Shown: positions 59,243 to 64,000 of the stretch, piece after piece
How the letters are laid out: every line of letters starts with the position of its first letter
Numbering within the stretch: the first letter of the stretch is position 1
DNA from: an uncultured Alphaproteobacteria bacterium
GTDB lineage: Bacteria; Pseudomonadota; Alphaproteobacteria; Rhizobiales; Beijerinckiaceae
Assembly (NCBI GenBank): GCA_963775405.1
Contig: CAVZJI010000050.1
Span: forward strand, 8,748 to 72,747
Reading direction: 5' to 3'
DNA: 64,000 bases
Program-made: the position numbers and the translations under genes
The notes under the pieces: generated by a model
What the model saw: the letters and a program-made list of their open reading frames with translations, nothing else
The model's database searches: none
What the model was told of the DNA's origin: nothing

Positions 59243-60742
59243 ATGAACGACGCTCCGCCGCTTCTTCACATTCGCGGCGTCGCGAAGACGTTTGGAGCGG
59301 TTAGAGCTCTGCGTTCGGCGGACCTCGAGGTGCGGGCGGGCGAGGCGCATGCGCTCATGGGCGCGAACGGCGCGGGCAAGAGCACGCTGGTCAAGATCAT
59401 TACCGGCGTATTCCCGGCGGATGAGGGCGAAATGACCCTCGCCGGGCAAAAGCTGGCCTTTCGATCGCCCGCCGAAGCGCGCCGAGCCGGCATCGTGTCC
59501 GTCTATCAGGATCCCGCGATCGTTCCCGACCTGACGGTCGCGCAGAACATGCGTCTCGCGCGCGTCTCGACCGAGAAGGTCAAGGCGGCGATGCGCGATC
59601 TCGGCGTCGAGCGGATTGATCTTAAGACCGTGGCGCGCGAGGTCGATTTCGCTCTGTTGCGGCTGATCGACCTCGCCCGCGCACTCGCGTCGGACCCGCG
59701 CATTCTGATCCTGGACGAGATCACGGCAGCGCTGCCGGCTGACCTTTCCGAGCGTGTGTTCAAAGTCGTGCGGGATTTTCGGAGTCGTGGCGCGAGCGTG
59801 ATCTTCATCTCGCACCGCATGGCGGAAATCGCCATGCTGTGCGATCGAGCGACTGTGCTTCGCGATGGCGCGACGGTCGGCGTAACGCCGACCAAGGGGG
59901 CCGAAGGAGCGATCGTGAATTTGATGCTGGGCTCTGACGTGGCTAAAGCGACGACGGCCCCAGCCGCGCGCAGCGTCCGTCCTGAGACATCGCATGCGGT
60001 CCCGGCGCTGGAAGTGAAAGATCTGAGCTACGGCCACGCGCTGCACGGCGTCTCCTTCCGGGTCGCTCGCGGCGAAGTGCTCGGAGTCGCCGCCCTGGAA
60101 GGCCAGGGACAGGAGGAACTGTTCGATTGCATCGCCGGCGTGCGGCGCGCCGACGCTGGAGAAGTGCGAGCGGAAGGGCGCGTGCTCAAACTCCGGCATC
60201 CCGCCGACGCGATCGGCGCCGGACTCGTCCTGATCCCTGCCAATCGGCTCGTATCGCTTTTGCCGCAACGCTCCGTGCAGGAGAACGTGGCGCTGGCCGC
60301 GTTCGGTCGATTGCGAAGCTGGGGCCCCATCGCGATAGGCGAGGAGAGACGCCGCGTCGACATGGCTGTGCGGAAATTGCAGATCGACACCCGCGCGGCC
60401 TCAGAAGTGAGGCGCCTCAGCGGCGGCAACATGCAAAAGGTCGTCATCGCCCGCTGGATCGCCGCGGGGTTCAAGACCCTGCTCTGCTTCGACCCGACGC
60501 GCGGCATCGACATTGGCACCAAGAAGCAGATCTATGCGCTCATGCGTGAGATCGCCGACCAAGGGCTGTCCGTGCTGTTGTTCACTTCCGAACTGCCCGA
60601 GATTCGCCTCGCTTGCGATCGTGCGATCGTGCTGTTCGGCGGCCGCATCTCCGGCGAAATGCCGGCGGCCGAAGCTGACGAAGCGCGCCTGTTGCGGGCG
60701 GCCCACGGCCTCACCAGCGCAGAAGCCGCAGCGCTCGCATGA
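59243..60742 (+). CDS. Sugar ABC transporter ATPase (CUT2, two domains)
   Basis: GANGAGKST, ILDE, LSGGNMQKV, DPTRGID. Confidence 0.93.
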   Translation: MNDAPPLLHIRGVAKTFGAVRALRSADLEVRAGEAHALMGANGAGKSTLVKIITGVFPADEGEMTLAGQKLAFRSPAEARRAGIVSVYQDPAIVPDLTVAQNMRLARVSTEKVKAAMRDLGVERIDLKTVAREVDFALLRLIDLARALASDPRILILDEITAALPADLSERVFKVVRDFRSRGASVIFISHRMAEIAMLCDRATVLRDGATVGVTPTKGAEGAIVNLMLGSDVAKATTAPAARSVRPETSHAVPALEVKDLSYGHALHGVSFRVARGEVLGVAALEGQGQEELFDCIAGVRRADAGEVRAEGRVLKLRHPADAIGAGLVLIPANRLVSLLPQRSVQENVALAAFGRLRSWGPIAIGEERRRVDMAVRKLQIDTRAASEVRRLSGGNMQKVVIARWIAAGFKTLLCFDPTRGIDIGTKKQIYALMREIADQGLSVLLFTSELPEIRLACDRAIVLFGGRISGEMPAAEADEARLLRAAHGLTSAEAAALA

Positions 60743-61725
60743 CCGACGCGGCGGCTCGAAACACCGGCGCCTCCTGGCGCACGCTAGCCCGAGCCGGCCG
60801 ATTTCTCGGCATGCCGCTTCTGCTCGCGGCTGCGCTGGCTGCGACGGTTGCGGTCCATCCTGATTTCGGTTCGTTCGAGATTCAATCGTTGGCGCTTGGC
60901 GCGTTGCCGCTCGCGCTTGCCGCAGCGGCCCAGGCGATCGTCGTCATCAGCGGCGGCATCGACCTCTCGATCGGCTCGATGATCGCGGTGTCGAACGTCC
61001 TCTCGGCAAGCCTGATGCAGCATGCTGACTTTCGCCAGTCGCTGGCCCTCTCGATCGTAGTCCTGATTGCCGGCGCCGGCGCGGGACTGTTGAACGGCCT
61101 TGTTGTCGCCTTCTCCCGCATTCCCGATGTTGTCGCCACGCTAACCACCGGATTTATTTGGGGCGGCGTGGCGCTGCTCATTCTCGAGCGCCCCGGCGGA
61201 GGCGCGCCAGCGGCTTATCTCAATATTGGCGCGGGCGCTGATTTCTGGCCCTGGCTGCCAAACGCGCTCGTGCTGATGGTCGTCGCGATCGCCGCGATCT
61301 GGCTGCCGATCCGTCTCAGCCGCATCGGCCTTCTGATCTACGCCGCCGGTAGCGATCCGGTCGCCGCGTTTCGGAGCGGCGTCAATGTCATGAGAGCGCG
61401 CACGATCGCCTATGTCTTCAGTGGAATTGCCTGCGCGGTCGGCGGCATGGCGTTGACCATGACGACCGGAATTGGCGCGCCCCTGGCAGGCGCGTATTAC
61501 ACGCTGAGCAGCGTCGCCGCCATCGTCATTGGAGGCGTGAGCCTTGCGGGCGGTCGTGGCGGAATGGTCGGCCCCGTCATCGCCGCGTTGCTGTTGACGC
61601 TTGCGCCAATGGTCCTGGTTTTCCTCGGCATCGACCCAAACTATGGGCAGGTCATCCAGGGCACGCTGATTGTGTTCGTAGTGATGGTCGCGGGATTCTT
61701 CGCCTTTCTGCAGGAACGCAAATGA
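60739..61725 (+). CDS. Sugar ABC transporter permease
   Basis: GGIDLSIG, AAIVIGGVSL.GGRG. Confidence 0.92.
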   Translation: MTDAAARNTGASWRTLARAGRFLGMPLLLAAALAATVAVHPDFGSFEIQSLALGALPLALAAAAQAIVVISGGIDLSIGSMIAVSNVLSASLMQHADFRQSLALSIVVLIAGAGAGLLNGLVVAFSRIPDVVATLTTGFIWGGVALLILERPGGGAPAAYLNIGAGADFWPWLPNALVLMVVAIAAIWLPIRLSRIGLLIYAAGSDPVAAFRSGVNVMRARTIAYVFSGIACAVGGMALTMTTGIGAPLAGAYYTLSSVAAIVIGGVSLAGGRGGMVGPVIAALLLTLAPMVLVFLGIDPNYGQVIQGTLIVFVVMVAGFFAFLQERK

Positions 61726-62663
61726 GCGCGGTCCTGGGCTTCCTGCGCGGGCACACGATCTACGCGCTGATCCTCTTGCTGGCGGTTTTCGTCGTCGGCG
61801 TCGAGATCGCGAGGCCCGGCACGGTGACGCCGCTTTGGGCCTCGAACACGTTCCTATTCGCCGCGCCACTCGCGATCATGGCCGGCGGACAAACCCTGGT
61901 GATGTTGACCGGCGGCATTGACCTCTCCGTGGCGAGCGTGGCGACGGGAGCGGCTTATCTGCTCGCGACCAACGCTTCCTTAGGCGCCGCTCCCGCGATC
62001 GGCATAGCGCTGTTGCTCGGCGTTGTTGTCGGCGTCATCAACGGGATCGGGGTCGCGTTGCTGCGCGTCCAGCCGCTGGTCATGACGCTCGGCACCGGCC
62101 TCATGACCGGCGGCGTGCTGATCGTCTACAGCCAGCACATGCTGGCGAGCCAGCCGCATGTGCCCGACATCATCCAGACACTTGGCGCCGGAAGAATGTT
62201 CGGCCTCGTGCCGATCGACCTGTTCCTGTGGCTCGTCATCGCCGCGCTCATCCTGTTCGGCCTGCAACGCACGGGGTTCGGCCGTCTTCTCTACGCGGTC
62301 GGCGATAACCGGGAGGCCTGTCATCTCGCGGGCGTCAGGGTCTGGCGCGTCCTGTTCGTCAATTACGTGCTTTGCGCCATTCTCGCGGCGATCGCCGGAC
62401 TCGTGGTGGTCGGGGGCACGAACGCCGCCGACCTCAGTCTTGCAGACAGCTATCTGCTCCCCTCTGTCGCCTGCGTCGTCATCGGCGGCACGTCCATTTT
62501 CGGCGGACGCGGCGGCTATGCGGGGACCATTATCGGCGCGCTGATCCTGACCGTGCTCACCGGTCTCCTCACGCTCCTTGATGTCTCCGAGCCGATCAAG
62601 CAGATCCTCTACGGCGCGATCATCCTCTCGCTCGCCGCGGCCTATGCGCGCCTGACGGAATGA
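61722..62663 (+). CDS. Sugar ABC transporter permease
   Basis: GGIDLSV, FGRLLYAVGDN, VIGGTSIFGGRG. Confidence 0.92.
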   Translation: MSAVLGFLRGHTIYALILLLAVFVVGVEIARPGTVTPLWASNTFLFAAPLAIMAGGQTLVMLTGGIDLSVASVATGAAYLLATNASLGAAPAIGIALLLGVVVGVINGIGVALLRVQPLVMTLGTGLMTGGVLIVYSQHMLASQPHVPDIIQTLGAGRMFGLVPIDLFLWLVIAALILFGLQRTGFGRLLYAVGDNREACHLAGVRVWRVLFVNYVLCAILAAIAGLVVVGGTNAADLSLADSYLLPSVACVVIGGTSIFGGRGGYAGTIIGALILTVLTGLLTLLDVSEPIKQILYGAIILSLAAAYARLTE

Positions 62664-62710
62664 CGCAGGAGCCGCCGCCCCGGCGGTGGGGGCGGCCACG
62701 GCCCAACCGC

Positions 62711-62838
62711 AATTTTACCGGCGCCCCCTCATGTTTTCAGTGGGTTACGACCCCGTTTAGTTCCGCGCTTAAAAAACGGCGCGCGCTGGCGCCCTCTGGG
62801 CCAGGGGTGATAGAAATAACATTATACACTTGTTATTA
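62711..62838 (-). repeat. Dispersed intergenic element, copy 3
   Basis: TTTAGTTCCGCGCT at 62756 is the exact reverse complement of 32365-32378; IHF-like TTTCAGTGGGTTA at 62735; AT block 62811-62838. Confidence 0.65.
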
Positions 62839-62851
62839 TACGGCCGCCCGC

Positions 62852-64000
62852 TCACCCCGCGCTTTCATCGGTCGCCCGCACGAGGAACAGGTGTCGCTCC
62901 CGCCATTCCTCAGAACCAACCCTGGGCGGCATATCCAGCGCCATCACCGGCGCGCTGGCGCTGCGGTAGGATGGCCAGCGTGGGAGGCCGGGGCCATTGG
63001 GATCTCCGTTGGTGACGAAATTGATCCAGTAGCTCGACGCCAGCTTCGCCAGCTCGCGATCGGCGTCCTCGTGCAGCCACGGAAATGCATAGAGATTATC
63101 GAAGACATAGAGAAGCTCGCCCGCATGAAAGGCGCCGGCGTCGTGGCTCAAGCGCTCGCCAAACCACCCTTGCGGCGTTAAGGGCGCGCGGTCAAAACGG
63201 AAGCGGAAGATGTCGGCGCGGCCGCTTTGCTTCTGCGCCTCGATCCAGGCCCAGGTGGGATGAATGATGACGAGGTCGCCGCCAAGCGCGCGCGCCGAGG
63301 CGGAAGCGGTGTCCGGCGAGCCGTCCGGATAGTGCTGCAGAAGCTCGTCCGTCCGCTCGCCGAAGATCGCGCGCGCCAGATCGACGTAAGGGCGCTTCGC
63401 GTCCTCGCCCTGATGCAGAGTGAAATTGAAGCCTTCGTCCTTGTTCCAGCCGGCCATCAGAGGCACGTCGTTGTGCTCGCGCGAAGCGAAGATCTCGGCT
63501 GGCGAACGGGGCAGAAACCATCCATCGATGATCGGGCGAAAGCCAAGCCCGGGCGCCGCGGCGAGAATGGCCTCAGCCGGCAGGGCGCGCATTTCGGCGA
63601 GTGAATGCGCTCCCACCTTGCGCATGAAGGCGAGGCCGGCGGCCTCGGCCTCCCTGAGCGACGCCAGCGCGCGGCTCGGCGCCGCAAACATCGCTCCGCT
63701 CTCGCCGATGACGCGGGCGAACAGCCCTTTGGCGAGCGGCGAGGCCATGAGCGCGCTCGTCGCGTGCGAACCGGCGGATTCGCCGGCGATCGTGACTTTA
63801 TCGGGATCGCCGCCGAAAGCGGCGATGTTGCGCCGAACCCAGTCAACCGCCGCGACTAGATCGAGGCATCCATAGTTGCCTGACGCGCGATGATCCGATT
63901 CGGCGGTGAGCTCAGGATGGGCGAGAAAGCCCAGCGCATTGAGCCGATAGTTAAGTGTGACGACGACGATGCCGCGCGCGGCGAGACGCGCGCCATCGTA
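62852..64000 (-). CDS. Carboxylesterase type B, 5' part outside the window
   Basis: NYRL..LGF, GNYGCLD, FGGDP..VTIAGESAG, GAFHAGEL, FVTNGDPNG. Confidence 0.92.
   Translation of the reverse strand, partial: YDGARLAARGIVVVTLNYRLNALGFLAHPELTAESDHRASGNYGCLDLVAAVDWVRRNIAAFGGDPDKVTIAGESAGSHATSALMASPLAKGLFARVIGESGAMFAAPSRALASLREAEAAGLAFMRKVGAHSLAEMRALPAEAILAAAPGLGFRPIIDGWFLPRSPAEIFASREHNDVPLMAGWNKDEGFNFTLHQGEDAKRPYVDLARAIFGERTDELLQHYPDGSPDTASASARALGGDLVIIHPTWAWIEAQKQSGRADIFRFRFDRAPLTPQGWFGERLSHDAGAFHAGELLYVFDNLYAFPWLHEDADRELAKLASSYWINFVTNGDPNGPGLPRWPSYRSASAPVMALDMPPRVGSEEWRERHLFLVRATDESAG

Overview
GC-rich alphaproteobacterial chromosomal segment. Gene content and style suggest Hyphomicrobiales, Roseiarcus/Beijerinckiaceae-like (inference). 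It carries about 60 genes. In order: acuI-like reductase, tag-HD-PTP operon, Ivy, mocD/mocE-like oxygenase pair, two decayed IS5 elements beside a secreted beta-helix protein and an orphan EpsD PPIase, kdpFABCDE, sigma54-type urtABCDE, MarR-EmrAB efflux, ACC deaminase, a radical SAM enzyme, uppP, dsbA-like, dnaB, rlmJ, ppx, and a partly decaying sugar/cyclitol catabolic and ABC uptake cluster. I saw no rRNA, tRNA, CRISPR array, prophage or recognisable defence system. About 12 single-base frameshifts cluster in kdp/urt and are most likely long-read consensus errors. The least explained signal is non-coding: a dispersed intergenic element (conserved 14-mer plus IHF-like box) seen three times, one copy forming a nested inverted repeat upstream of dnaB. 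All alignments were made by eye and no database searches were run.
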